DNA of 62,923 nt, counting the filler, from Syncephalis fuscata S228 (taxonomy: Eukaryota > Fungi > Zoopagomycota), in assembly GCA_025786725.1 (NCBI GenBank). It is 5 parts of 5 records of this genome, joined end to end, with 100 filler letters (N's around TTAATTAATTAA, not from the genome) between each part and the next. Parts side by side here need not be neighbours in the genome. Positions count along the whole stretch, not along the records: positions 1 to 14,743 come from JAHLTZ010000226.1; 4 more parts are not named here. One strand, 5' to 3'. Below, piece after piece: positions 1-12,702 of the stretch; within the stretch, counting starts at the first letter, position 1, and each line of letters opens with the position of its first letter. Made by a program: the position numbers and the translations under genes. Under the pieces are notes generated by a model. It was given only the letters and a program-made list of their open reading frames with translations, was not told the DNA's origin and searched no databases.

Positions 1-10
1 CTTTGAATAG

Positions 11-895
11 ACCATTGGCTGAAGCAGCTTGCCCAAGCACATTCAGCGCAATTGTTGCCATTGATCCTATTGTGTCCACAGTCGACTAGTATAACAAGCA
101 GACAATATCACCAGGCCCCAATATGGTTGGAATGGTCGATAGCTTGCAGCAACAATTAGAAGCGTCGTGATACTTAGCCTAACCGGTAAGCAGCGCAACT
201 ACGTATAGTCATGAATTTTAATTATGTTTATATTAGAGAGATAGCCCGCGAGCACATTGCTGGTCGTGGCATGTATGCTGGCCGGCACAATGCTCTGCTA
301 GATGTATATATTGTGTGTAACCAATTATAACTAGCCTCACAATACACTAGCAATAATAATCAACGACCATTAGCAATATGGATTGCGCGAAATTGGTTCA
401 GAAGCACCTGTTAGTCTTAAAATGCCCCCAGACGTTGAAGCAGTAAGTATCAAAAAACCATGCAGCTTAATAGCACTGCTACCTGTCTTGGATGTATTTC
501 CCGGTGACAAGCATTTGCTATATATCAACTTTTAACATTTATCTAAAGTTAAGGTACCAGTATTAATTATGGGTGCTACCAATTCCAAAACCAAGTAAGT
601 TTTAGCTGCAGCACGGCAACAGTACTAACGATCACTCTATAGTACGCCAAATAACATTTATGATATGACCAAACGATGTGCCAATGGTAAAGCTGTTGTG
701 CTAAAGGGATTGGGACACATAATGGTACATGAAAAGCCAGATACAGTTGGTAGGCGTATATTTATGCACATTGACTAACTAATACTAATCTATATTTATA
801 ATAGTTGCGGAAATTAATCAGTTTATAGCTTTACTTGCTATTCCATCCCGCGACTTATTTATTTGCAATAGGCTATATGTGCAGCACAAGTGAAT
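11..895 (+). pseudogene. 3' part of a degraded multi-exon alpha/beta hydrolase gene
   Basis: Spliced reading gives LAEAACPSTFSAIVAIDPIV, KRRDT*PN, VKVPVLIMGATNS and GLGHIMVHEKPDTV (catalytic His region), with in-frame stops (TAG 86-88, TAG in place of expected Trp near 170, TAA near 533) and a frameshift. End approximate. Confidence 0.6.
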
Positions 896-1049
896 TAAGC
901 TGTTAATTTATTGCTTATAGTTTCATCGTTCTATTCCTTTATTATATAGTTTGCATATATTACAGTAACATTACCTATTAGCACTTATTAAAATAGCGTG
1001 GATGATGATTGTTATTAAATAATATATTACTATACAATCTTTTTATTAG

Positions 1050-2799
1050 CAATTCATTAGCACTTATGTAATTGGTGTCAAACGACTACTTTAATAGCAT
1101 TGCGCAATTAAACTAACACTCAATCTATTGAACATAATGATAAATGATGAATGACATCAATCATCAAATACTCATCATTGTAGGTCTATTATCCAGTATG
1201 CATATATCATTACAGTATGTGTTATTACTATTTATATCCGTTACTTGATTAACATTAAAACCATAACTAACTGACACGACCTAGTTTATTTATAAATAAT
1301 CTTAATAAAACAATTCAATTCATATTTATATTATTTGTTCTTCCAATATAATTCAATGAACAAACTAAGTGCGATAAGTCAATTTTTATTAATAAAAAAT
1401 TTGAAACCATACCAACAACGGTTATAAACAGCGTATAGCCAATATATAATAAAATAATAAACGTTATAATGAATACACAATATTGAACGAGATTAGCAAT
1501 GTTCAAGTTGTTGAGTATATATGCATGAGCAATGACCAGCATTAGTCGAACTTTCTTAATAATAAAGCTAGAACAAAAAGGACAACTGCAATAGCTAGCG
1601 CGTATATACTAGACGATAAAACAATAAAGAATATAAAGCATACGCGGTGCAAAGTGACGATTAGCAGTGTTAGAGCTAATGAGCATATATGCATAATCAA
1701 TGAGCAGAATTAGTCGACATTTATTAATAATAATGCTAAAACAAAAATAAAAATAGTATTGGATAAAGGAAGGCTAGGAGAGTATAGAATGATATAGAAT
1801 AGAATAAACATATAATGAAAAGAGTATGATAAGTGGTGTTGAGGTTATAGTGCATATAACGTAATGAGGAAAATAAGCATTATGTGCCAACATTTGCGCT
1901 AAGCATTTGCTTTTTTAACAACATTCGCGTAAATAATTACATATCCGCTTTATTGAACATGAAACTAAATGCTGAATAGTATCGATCATTAAAATATTCA
2001 TTATTGTATGTTCATTATCTAGTACGCATATATCATCATTACAATACTATGTTATTACTGTTTACGCTGTTTTATTTTTAGCTTTCTTTTCTATTTGCAT
2101 ACTCATTAATCCATCATGTTTCTATTTTGCTTGAACTTGTTATTACTGTGGATATCCATCGATCTGCCCTACTAGCATCAAAGTCATAGCCACATAGCCA
2201 ATTTGCATTAACTGATTTGTTTATCAAATAATAGCACGGTACATATACGCATGAGCAAATAAACGTAATGATTTAAATTTATTAGTAACCAAGCTAGCAT
2301 TAAACAAATAACAATTTCAAATAACTTGTTGATACTATACAATATAATGATATGAAGCAGAATAAATGTACGATAGACAGGTATAAATAACGCTGTTGAA
2401 ACTATAACACAAATAATGCAATGAGTGGAATGAGTAGAGCGTATTGGAACATATAAACAATAGAATGTGTCCAGTGTAATATAGAATGATATATAGTGGT
2501 GTGGAATAGAATGGGAATGATATAGATAAGTGGTGGATATATGCATACTGGATAATGAATCTATGATGACGAGTATTTGATGACTGATGTCACTCACCAC
2601 CCATCATCATGTTCAATAGATTGGGCGTTATTAAATATTAGTCATTTGTCCCCAAAAAGCAATAAGTGTGATGATGTGACGATTAAATAAAACTCACCAC
2701 TTGTCCCCATGTTCAATAGAGTGAATGTGCAGTGCAATTGCGCGAATGTTATTAAATTTAGTCATATGGCCATTAAATCATATAAATGTTAATGAATTG
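1050..2799. mobile_element. MITE-like/nested non-autonomous element with inverted ends
   Basis: 1050-1135 is a diverged reverse complement of 2710-2799; the adjacent TATTGAACAT...ATCCAGTATGCATATATC segment recurs forward at ~1950-2040 and inverted at ~2535-2650. No transposase. Confidence 0.5.
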
Positions 2800-2852
2800 T
2801 GGATAGAAAATAAATAAATAAAATATTTTTATTACAATTCGCAATTGCCAAT

Positions 2853-4439
2853 TCAAACAAGTTTGTTCATAGTCCAAATAGCAATGTCCTTGTTAGATAC
2901 CTTGACCAGCGTGTTCATATTTACTCTAACTTCGCCAGAAGTATCTTCTGCAGCAATCCAGCCAAGCTCAGAAGTATTGTCTAGATTAACTGTATAGAAT
3001 CCACCAGAAGGATGCTGAGCAATCCAGAATTGGTTAAGAACATATCCTGTATGAATCAAAGCACTTGCAACTCTGGTATTAAATATTGTTTGTTTTGTTT
3101 CCATATTAATTAGCGTTAGGTTAGTATCATCAAGAGTAACAATACAGTTATTCCTTATCGAAACAGTAGGTAGTTCATTGGAAAAAGTGCCCGAATAATG
3201 AACATATGATGAATATATATCATGAATAAAAAACACATTTTTCTGTTTAGCGCTATGGCTTTTGTTACTTTGTCCAAAAGAAAATTTGCGTATTCCGGAA
3301 GCATTGCTATTATTAGTTGTATTCAGTGATGCATTGTTTTCTGTATGATTTGTTTTCATGGATAAGGCCACTTGCCAGACCATTATAAAACTTTCGGTTA
3401 AAAAGCGCGATTGACGTGCACTGTATTTGCTAGTTTCCAGTGGTATGGATACATGTCTTTGTTCATTAATGGTACGTACATCAAGTATACTCGATTGTAG
3501 TATATCCCAGCTATGAGATGCAGATCCAAACTGCGTGCCAACACATAACGTACCCGCATACACTTGGCATGTAGTCTTGGTTGTATTGATAATTGAATAA
3601 GTATTCCACGCTGCCTCAGTTTTCACCGGTATTGGTATATTTTGTTCGAGATTTAATACATTAATTGAATATGATTCGGTGGATACTACAGGCTCTTTCA
3701 ATAGCAACCATTGATCGTGCAAGTCTACAATTTCTGTTGCGCCCTGATTGTACAAGAGCTCTTTTTTCTCTATTTGGCTAGGCTGTGTGAAATCCCAGTA
3801 GAACATAAAATCTTTAGCTACATCGGTGTTGTTGCTGCTAGCCGATCTTCCAGGGCCAGTTATTACAATAAATTTTCTGTTTAGCATACCCTTAATTAAA
3901 CTATGTGATTGTTGTGAAAAATTAGCAGACAAATCTGATATTAATAAAAGTTTTGGTGTGGGCCAATGTGCAGCAAAGTAGAGTGTATTTGTATTAGTTA
4001 AAATAAGTGTTCCCCATATATTACTGTCAAGAATACGGGTAGTTATTTGTAGATCATCATAACCTGAAGCATCTAAGATACTAAGTGTTGTACAATTGCT
4101 AATGCCATACTGCCAATTCTTTGCCAAACTAAATTGAGCAATATAGTGCTTTAGCCAATTGCTATTATTTTGTAGATTAGCAATACTATAGTCTGATACA
4201 TTCTTCTTCTTCTTTTCTAAAACGTTGTTATGCCACTCTATCCAGTCGCGTGTCTCAGTGCCATTGTAGAACCGGCTATAGAACCAGCGTTTCCAATCAA
4301 TGTCTTTTTCTTCAGCAGCACTGAAGATATTATAAAAAGCAGTAAGAAAAGGAAGCAGTGATTCATCGTCCAAATAAAAGACTACTTTCCAAAGTATCTT
4401 AGCAGGAAGACAGCATGTTGTAGAAAGTAAACGAGTCAT
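2853..4439 (-). CDS. Intronless 528-aa protein with N-terminal F-box-like motif and probable beta-rich C-terminus
   Basis: Long ORF; LPAKILWKVVFYLDDESL resembles the F-box consensus, followed by W-x-x-x-F/Y motifs. Confidence 0.6.
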   Translation of the reverse strand: MTRLLSTTCCLPAKILWKVVFYLDDESLLPFLTAFYNIFSAAEEKDIDWKRWFYSRFYNGTETRDWIEWHNNVLEKKKKNVSDYSIANLQNNSNWLKHYIAQFSLAKNWQYGISNCTTLSILDASGYDDLQITTRILDSNIWGTLILTNTNTLYFAAHWPTPKLLLISDLSANFSQQSHSLIKGMLNRKFIVITGPGRSASSNNTDVAKDFMFYWDFTQPSQIEKKELLYNQGATEIVDLHDQWLLLKEPVVSTESYSINVLNLEQNIPIPVKTEAAWNTYSIINTTKTTCQVYAGTLCVGTQFGSASHSWDILQSSILDVRTINEQRHVSIPLETSKYSARQSRFLTESFIMVWQVALSMKTNHTENNASLNTTNNSNASGIRKFSFGQSNKSHSAKQKNVFFIHDIYSSYVHYSGTFSNELPTVSIRNNCIVTLDDTNLTLINMETKQTIFNTRVASALIHTGYVLNQFWIAQHPSGGFYTVNLDNTSELGWIAAEDTSGEVRVNMNTLVKVSNKDIAIWTMNKLV

Positions 4440-4803
4440 TTTAACAAAAAATGAATAAGCACAAGGAACGATAGAATTGTAATTTAATGCTCAAATTTTT
4501 TTAATGATTTTTATAAAAAATTGATTGTGTACCAAAAAGGCCTTTCAGTTTCACTTATTATTGCCCTATTTGGCACTATGATTGATTTGACCATATTGAT
4601 TATAGCACATGCCCACACAAAACGGGTATTCTTTTACTCGATAGCTTTAGTCAAAATGGATAACAAGCCTTTAATCTAATGCTATCAAATTGGTATATAC
4701 ACACAAAACAAGCTAGAAATGACACATAATATAAAAGTAGTGTTTTATTTACAATGCAATAACATCGTTGCAACGTATTTTATAATATTAGATGTTTATT
4801 GTA

Positions 4804-5001
4804 CTAATGACTACAACCATAAATCCACATACCATCAGTTTTATCGCATGCTCCGTTAAACTCCATTCGCCTTTTATTATATGGGACCTTCTTAACTTCA
4901 CGCAGTAATTTGCCATTAGCATCTTCAAGAAACATGAAATAGCAACAGGTGCGTAGCATAGCTAAAATATCGCCACGGCGAACATCATCAAGAATAACTT
5001 G
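4804..5001 (-). CDS. Possible terminal exon of an unknown multi-exon gene
   Basis: After a GCAG acceptor reads QVILDDVRRGDILAMLRTCCYFMF...WIYGCSH*; splice-like signals continue upstream to ~5500 but I could not assemble the gene. Confidence 0.3.
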   Translation of the reverse strand, partial: QVILDDVRRGDILAMLRTCCYFMFLEDANGKLLREVKKVPYNKRRMEFNGACDKTDGMWIYGCSH

Positions 5002-6145
5002 CCTGCATAACTAATAGTGCAAGTATATCTATTTTAAATTATTTGATTCGTTACTTATTTGGCCGGATAAACGGTATACACATGGCATTTCACGCTATTC
5101 ATTTCAGAAATTCAAGTGTTTATGTGCTATACAAGTATATCTAGACCATTGCCCAAGTAAGGCTGTTCTATGATATACTCGAATTTCGATTGGTATGTAC
5201 ATCGAGTACAATGTGAAGCAGAAACAAGAAATTCTAATATTAACGATAAATCCTGCACTGGAAATCCTGAATGATGAGTCTGGTCAACCTGTTTTTCAAC
5301 CTGCTTTCATTGTTTATCCGAATGTCTTAAAACAATCTACTTACCTTGGTTGTGGTTTATTCCTGTACCTATTCAAACTTGGGGCCAACCAATGTGTAAC
5401 TATGATATCACCTTAATGTTCCTTATAGATAACTAGAATGCAGATCTTACTTAAAATAAACTGGTAATAGCATGATTGAGATTGAAACTGATCGGTTTGT
5501 TCAGACCCATCATGACATATCATTATTTAATCTTATAATATTAATAACATATTGCAATTATTTATATTTAATAACAGTAACTATTAATTAGCCACTCCGA
5601 CGTTTGATATAAAACTAGTGTAATAATAGAAATCAGTTACTCTGGGTACATGTATGATTGGCTTTTACTTGTTACAACAAGTTAGGTGTGCGTACTTTCG
5701 TCGCTAGGCCTTAGTTATGATGAATTTATTTATTTTGGGTGTATGTATGTTTGGTTTATTTGTCACAATAAATTAGGCAACATGCCATTTATCACTAGGC
5801 CTTATCTATGATGAATCCAGAATGCCATTTGTAGTAATGACACATAGGCCTACCATCTCAGCTATACATAGTTTACATTCAAGCCTTTTAGATACAATAC
5901 CGCGGATTGGAATATTGCTTAATGTTTAACCGGCTAATGCTAAAACAATCAAGGCGACAGACTAGCTACCTATTAGTAAAATAGATGTTAAGGTATAGCA
6001 AAGATGTATAAAAGGCGCGTTGAAATTCATATTTGCATTCCAACATTACAACACAACAACATCAGCTTCATCAACATCTAAACGCCTGCTCAGACAATAG
6101 CATTCAAATTAATCCCTACTCATTTATAAATCAAATTTATTCATT

Positions 6146-6694
6146 ATGAAATTCTCATTACCACTTACTGCTGTCTTACTGGCTTCCGCTGCTAGTCTTG
6201 TTCAGTCTGCTCCCGGTATCACCCAGCCAAGAAATATACGTTTGTGGTGGGCCAAGAAAAGCAACCAATGCTTACAAGTAATTGGAAAGGACCCAAAACT
6301 TTATTACAATCTTGCAAGTGGGTGCAATGATTCATACTGGACTCAAACGCCGATTCCTGCCGAAAATCCAGTTCCAACTCGTAGATACTACACACTTAAA
6401 GAACGCTTTAGCAAGAGATGCTTGGCATACGATCCAAAGCCAGGCGTTGGTGGCTATGGAACTATAACCACTGCTATTTGCAATCCAAACGCGAAAAATC
6501 AGCACTGGGAATTGCCTCAAATCAATCTTGATGACAAAACCAAAGGTGAATATAAGCTAGTGCCAAGAATTCCACGATATGGTACCGAGAAGGCTTGCGT
6601 TGGGCCTATTAGGTTTGCATTCAACGGAGCCATTGAATACAAACAATGTAACCATACTGATAGAAACGAATACTATCGTCTTGAAGTTGCTTAA
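6146..6694 (+). CDS. Secreted ricin-B (beta-trefoil) lectin-like protein, 182 aa
   Basis: Signal peptide MKFSLPLTAVLLASAASLVQSA; three subrepeats with paired Cys (NQCLQV, KRCLAY, KACVG) and QxW motif NQHW; TATAAAA at ~6007. Confidence 0.75.
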   Translation: MKFSLPLTAVLLASAASLVQSAPGITQPRNIRLWWAKKSNQCLQVIGKDPKLYYNLASGCNDSYWTQTPIPAENPVPTRRYYTLKERFSKRCLAYDPKPGVGGYGTITTAICNPNAKNQHWELPQINLDDKTKGEYKLVPRIPRYGTEKACVGPIRFAFNGAIEYKQCNHTDRNEYYRLEVA

Positions 6695-6859
6695 TAAATG
6701 CCACTATTAATTGTTATTTTTAAACTACGTCTACAACAAATGTATATAAATGAGACTATAGAAGTAATGAATATGCGATAAATAATAATATATTGTTTTA
6801 ATTATTATTGCTATCAGTAATATTAAACCAATTCAATGCAATTGGAGATCAAATAAGCC

Positions 6860-6960
6860 AATTTAATAGCATCCGTTCTATTGAACATGGTACTTGGCGG
6901 TGAATGACATTAACCATCAAATACTTGTTATCGTAGATTTCTTATCCAGTATTTATATAT
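6860..6960 (+). repeat. Further copy of the repeat family at 1050-2799
   Basis: TCTATTGAACATG...GAATGACATTAACCATCAAATACT...TTATCCAGTAT matches 1124-1205. Confidence 0.7.
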
Positions 6961-7949
6961 CCTCTGCCCAACTATATCATCGCTATTGTATACATATACT
7001 AATAAATATTATTATACGATGCATTAACCATATTTCATTTACATATACTATGGCGTGCTTCATTTACTCCACTTTGCGCCATATTCTCTATAACTTCAAC
7101 ACTACTATTTGCACTCTCCTTGCCATGTAGTCATTCTAATATTTAGTATACCATAGTATTATACAATAGCCACATACCACCTAGCAAAGCTAGCGCCAGT
7201 GCAATGATAGTGATGATATTTCCACTCATCTCTACATAGCACAGACTATATGCACCACACTTACTCATATTCTAATACTTTCATTACTTTTACCCACTAC
7301 ACTTTTCTTTCTATTTCTTATTTACTTGCAATCTGTATTCTTTATTCTTTACAATCCACAAATAATTATAATGGTAAGTAGACCCACTATATGCACGTCA
7401 CGCTTGATCTGTCTTTTCTTTCTTTCATATTGCTTGTTGTTGTTTTGCTGTAATCCCAGTGAATACTATCTCATTATTTACAGTATACAGTCTGTATGTA
7501 TGCTAGTCATCTATACTGTATGCATTCTTATTGTTGCCTATGTATGTCTCCTAATACAAGCATTGCTCTATTACCTGCTACAGCATTGAATAACATATGT
7601 ATACATGCACAATATGCATATGCTATTTTTACTATTGGGTAGTATTCATATTCATAGCGGTATGTAGACTGCGCCACACTACTCGCCAATGTCTTATTGC
7701 TATATGCTGACTCATTGCTATGGATCTTTATGCATTGTGTTGATATTGGTAGTAACTATAATAGCAACAGCTATACTGGTAGATTAATCTATCTGTTATA
7801 TGTACATATCTATGCTTGTTGTTATTGTTATGTGTATGCATTTATTTGGGTGTGGTGGGATATTGGACGTATATGTGGCCAAACGGCAACATTTGTAGTA
7901 TATTTACGTAAATTAAAATTACGAATGACTGAAACAACTGCTCCACTGT

Positions 7950-8066
7950 AACTACGTTCATTGCGCCTAGAAAGCACCGGATCCGTCCGATCTCCGAAGT
8001 AAGTTAGGCCGCGCTTCTGTAGTACTGCGGTGGGGGACCACGCGGGAATGAGAAGTAATGTAGTTT
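7950..8066 (+). rRNA. 5S rRNA
   Basis: ~117 nt; terminal helix AACTAC/GTAGTT; conserved GAAAGCACCGGATCCGTCCGATCTCCGAAGT and box C-like AGTACTGCGGTGGGGGACCACGCGGGAA. Confidence 0.88.
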
Positions 8067-8072
8067 CAGTAT

Positions 8073-8142
8073 GCGTAGTTGGTTTAGTGGTTAATTACCG
8101 CCTGCCACGCGGTAGACCGGGGTTCGATTCCCCGACTACGCA
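8073..8142 (+). tRNA. tRNA-Gly(GCC)
   Basis: Acceptor stem GCGTAGT/ACTACGC, D-arm TGGTTTAGTGG, anticodon arm ACCGC-CTGCCAC-GCGGT, T-arm GGTTCGATTCC; TTTT terminator at 8147-8150. Confidence 0.93.
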
Positions 8143-8491
8143 ATCCTTTTGCTTTTGCTGCGTCTGGAAGGTCACGTGACCTATTTAGTAAAAACTGCAT
8201 ACGCGAGCTATATACGATGCTTGGTGTTGTTTTTACTATGTTCAGTAGCGATAATTGGTGAGTAGACAAAAGTACAATATTTATTTGACTAAATTGTCAT
8301 AATTGATTGTATAAAAAAGTAACAGATATTTGATTAATTTTATTTGTATGTATATTATTATTACAATAAATATGCTGTTTCAAGTGCATTATAGAAAGTA
8401 AATAAAATCATTTGGTTTAAATATATAACATACACATTAATCCAATATATGACTATGTAAATTGTTTTAATTAGTGTTCAAAACAATAGTT

Positions 8492-10494
8492 CTATTTTGA
8501 ACCAAACTCTTTGTTAAATTCACGGCCAATCAGCATACGACGGATCTCACTGGTACCAGCACCGATCTCATACAGCTTAGCATCGCGTAAAATGCGGCCG
8601 GTATCAAAATCATTAATGTAGCCATTACCACCTAAAGAATTATATAAGTATAGTATACAGACGTGATAAATAGACCTACCTAAACATTGGATAGCATCTA
8701 GTGCAACTTCAGTGGCACGTTCAGCAGCATATAAAATGGCACCGGCACAATCCTAATTTATATAAAATTGTAAATTATTGTTATTATTGTTGTCCATTAC
8801 ACTGGTATGTATATACCTTATTGCTAATGTGGCCATTATCACAGGCACGGGCAACTGCGTATGTATAGGCTCGTGATGCACTTAGCTTTGTATACATGTC
8901 TGCAAGCTTTCCTTGCAATAGCTAACCAAATGATAAAAGTCAACTAACTATCAATAATATATTACTAAACATACCTGGAATTCGCCAATGGCTTGACCAA
9001 ACTGTTTACGCTCGTGTACATATTTGACTGTAATATCAAGGCTAGACTGCATTAGACTAGTTGTATCCAATAAAAATGTTAGCTGTGCCCTTCAAATAAC
9101 ATATGCGCTTACCCAATTGGTCCGGCCGACAACACCAAACGTTCTAGATCCAGTCCGCTCATCAATACGTACACGCCCTTTCCTTCTTGGCCAAGTATGT
9201 TTTCAGCTAATTAAGTATATAGCCAATTAGCAAGTGATTAGTCCGTGTATTTTGTAACTTACCAGGCACTACACAATTCTCAAACACCAATTCGCAAGTA
9301 TTGGAGCCTCGCATTCCAAGTTTATCAAGTTTCTGAGATGTACTAAAGCCTTTCATGCCCTATTAATGTCAATCAATTGATACGTCTATAGTTATCAGTG
9401 CCAAACTGCTAACCTTTTCTACAAGGAAAGCTGTAATACCACGTGGGCCAGCACTTGGATCAGTCTTGGCATAAACTACAAGCACATCGGCATCTGGGCC
9501 ATTGGTAATCCACATCTTTGTACCATTTAATATGTAATTGTCACCTATAATAATAATAATATTAATGATAATAATATTAATAATGTCAGTCGACAATATT
9601 ATAATATACAAATAGTTATTAATAATTACCATCACGCTTTGCCTTTAATCGCATAGAGACAACATCAGAGCCAGATGTAGCCTCGCTCATTGCTAGTGCA
9701 CCAACATGTTCACCAGTAATCAACTTCAAATGTATTAATAATTAGTTAATAAATTACAAATCTAACTACCTTTGGTAAATACTTTTCCTTTTGTGCATCA
9801 TTGGCATTACGAACAATTTGATTGACACACAGATTCGAGTGTGCACCATAACTAAGTCCAACTGATCCAGAGGCACGAGACAACTCTTCCATGGCAATGA
9901 CATGATACATGTATCCCATGCCCATACCACCATATTTCTCTAATAATATGAAGTAATGAATACACGTGGCATCATTAAGTCATATAGCCATAAAGATGGA
10001 TGATTAACTTACCTGGTGCAGTAATACCAAGTAAGCCCATATCACCCATTTTACGCCACATATCCTATTATTATCATTGTTATGGTTGGTAAGGTATTTA
10101 ATCATGCACAATCTACGACTAAACAATTACCATAGGAAATTGGTTCTCCTTATCAATAGCTAAGGCGCGTGGTGCTAATTCACGCTGAGCAAATGCGTTC
10201 ACTGCCGTTTGAAACTAACAGAGAGAGATATATATACATATCAATATGTTAATATGTTAGTATTAAATACAGTAAGGTATTGTGTATTTGTAACTTACAT
10301 CAGACTGTTCCTCAGTAAGACCAGCCACATAAGCATTATATGTGCTTGTTGCCATAGTGGCGCGGAACGATGACTAGTCCATTAAGTAATAAGTATATAA
10401 TGGCGTAATTGCCTAGTTTAATAACAACGCCTACCTGTACAGCCAGTCGGCGAAGAATAGAAGGTTGACGGCCGAAGATACGTGCTAGAGACAT
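8492..10494 (-). CDS. IVD: Mitochondrial isovaleryl-CoA dehydrogenase (~13 exons)
   Basis: Motifs [70 protein letters not shown]; Arg-rich mitochondrial presequence. Confidence 0.93.
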
Positions 10495-10867
10495 TGCTAG
10501 AGCTTGTTGGTTTGGTTAATAGTTGATTGAACAAACGAGGTGTGGGAAAAAGAAACAAGGCCTACTGTGTTGTTGACAACATTAATAAAGCCATGCTTGC
10601 TAACAATAAAACTGCAACATTAAATTACTATATAAATAATAATATCCATATGTATAAGATTTATAATATTGTACAAGTTATCTTTCAATACATCAAGTAT
10701 TTCAGGCAAGTAACGTTTTAATTAATTAATTAGTTGTTATTAATAAATAGTGTTAAATACTAATAGATTTAATCACTTTTATCATTATTATTAATTAATA
10801 AACGTAATTAATAAACAATTAAGTAATCTACAGTTGCTTTAATGTTAGCTTTTATTTATTAAAGTGT

Positions 10868-11698
10868 TTAAAGCTCGTCTCTAGCTTCATCTTCATCTTC
10901 AACTTCCTTCTCTTCTTCAACTTCCTTCTCTTCTTCATCTTCCTTTTCTTCTTCATCTTCCTTCTCTTCATCTTCCTTTTCGATATTAGCCTCGGCCACT
11001 GGTGTATCATCTGATTTCTCAGCATCAGCATCAGCATCCAAATCTTCAGCTGCTATCTTATCATCCTGAGGCTTATTACCAGCCTCGGCAAATCCTTTGT
11101 ACATTTCCTCGGCCATATCTCTTGGGAACATGGCAAAGATCTTTTCAATATCTTCCTTATTAAGATTGGCAGTTGATTCATCTTTTGGCAATGAATCAGC
11201 AATTTGTGCATACATTTCATCTGTAAGCTTAAATGGCTCTTCATCAGCCTTGGGTGCTTCTGTATTTATATCGTTTGTAGATTCATCTTCTGTCTCTTTC
11301 TCTTCGTCTTCAGCTTCCTTCTCTTCCTTCTCTTCTGTCTTCACATCTTTTTCTTCTTCCTCTTTAGTTTCTTCCTCTTCTTCTTTATCTTCTCCCTTTA
11401 CGGGTACATCTGCATTTTCCAATACAGTATCAATAAAATCTCTCTTTTCGGCACAGCCTAGACAATTAACATCGCGTTCTGTCAAAAACTGTTTTAGCTT
11501 TTTAATTGGCCATTTTGACACTTCTTCTTGCGTAAGAGAAGCAGTTGGTTTGGTTTCGGTCTCTAATCATTCAAAAACACCAATAAACAAGTTAGCACTA
11601 GTTGCAAACACAGTCTAGCACTTCTTACCTGTTGCCGACGCAGTAGACAGCACAAAAGCGGCTGTTACAAGTGTAATGATTAACGCGCGCTTTAGCAT
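10868..11698 (-). CDS. ER-lumenal acidic protein with ARMET/MANF C-terminal-like SAP domain
   Basis: Exon 11698-11629 encodes signal peptide MLKRALIITLVTAAFVLSTASA; exon 2 from 11562 has WPIKKLKQFLTERDVNCLGCAEKRDF (CxxC), Glu-rich tail and C-terminal RDEL. Confidence 0.8.
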
Positions 11699-12702
11699 AA
11701 TTGTTTATATAGTGTATATCAACTAAAGTTTCTTTAGTTGGAAATAGCCAGGCTAGCTTAGTAGATGGGAATGAAGTTAGAGCTGATGAATAAAGAAGAG
11801 CTTGGATGAGCTAGCTATCAATAAAAACTCTCATAGTTATAACTTTTAGTGCCGCTTTAGGCTTCTGGCTTTTATTTTACTTTGCACACCCCATTCAGCA
11901 AATTATTTTACGCAATCGATCGTAATAAATTGAATAATTTATTTGTGTTTAAATCATCATTCATAATAAATATTAACGTAATGTTATTGTCCATTATTAT
12001 TTCCATAAAATAGGATTGATTACATGTAATTGAAAATCATATTAGTAACTGTTATTCTAAACATTTAAATAATAATGTAACATACCATTCGATTTCTTTA
12101 AAACATTTGAAATTGCTTATTATTATTATCCATGTGTAGAAAGATTGATTAAACATTAATAGAAGTAACATGATTGCAATTCCATATCATTCTGCATTTG
12201 TTGTTATTGCATCTATGTACATCTTATATTATTGCATCTGAATAATATTTTCTATTTTCTAATATTCTACTATTGAATTTTAGGCATATTTGCGATATAA
12301 ATTAATATTAATATAATTAGTATAAAGTCGTTTATTAAACAGCTACTTTCCCTATAGCTAATCTGACTAAATAAATGGCATTTGAACAATTAAATTCATA
12401 ATGACAATATACATATCAAAGCAATAATAAAGACAACTAATTAATTACATTATTGTATTGATAATTACATATAAATTAATTAATGTTGGATGTAATATTA
12501 TACATGTTATAGCGATGAATAAGTGTTTAATTGTATCTAAAAGTATTAAGAAAAAGGTGATGAAATGGATAAATAAAAATGTGAGAGTACAATAGCCCCA
12601 AATTTCTAAACTACATCGGCTCAGTTCGCGTTTTTTTACTTGCTGTCAATTCATTTTTTCATATGCCTTTTGGGAATCGTCGCTTGTAATTCCTATATTT
12701 TT

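Noticed and set aside
12139-12212. Shared ~75-bp motif with 28632-28705 as a regulatory element
   Set aside because: Looks like a fragment of a dispersed repeat; no functional link between the neighbouring genes.
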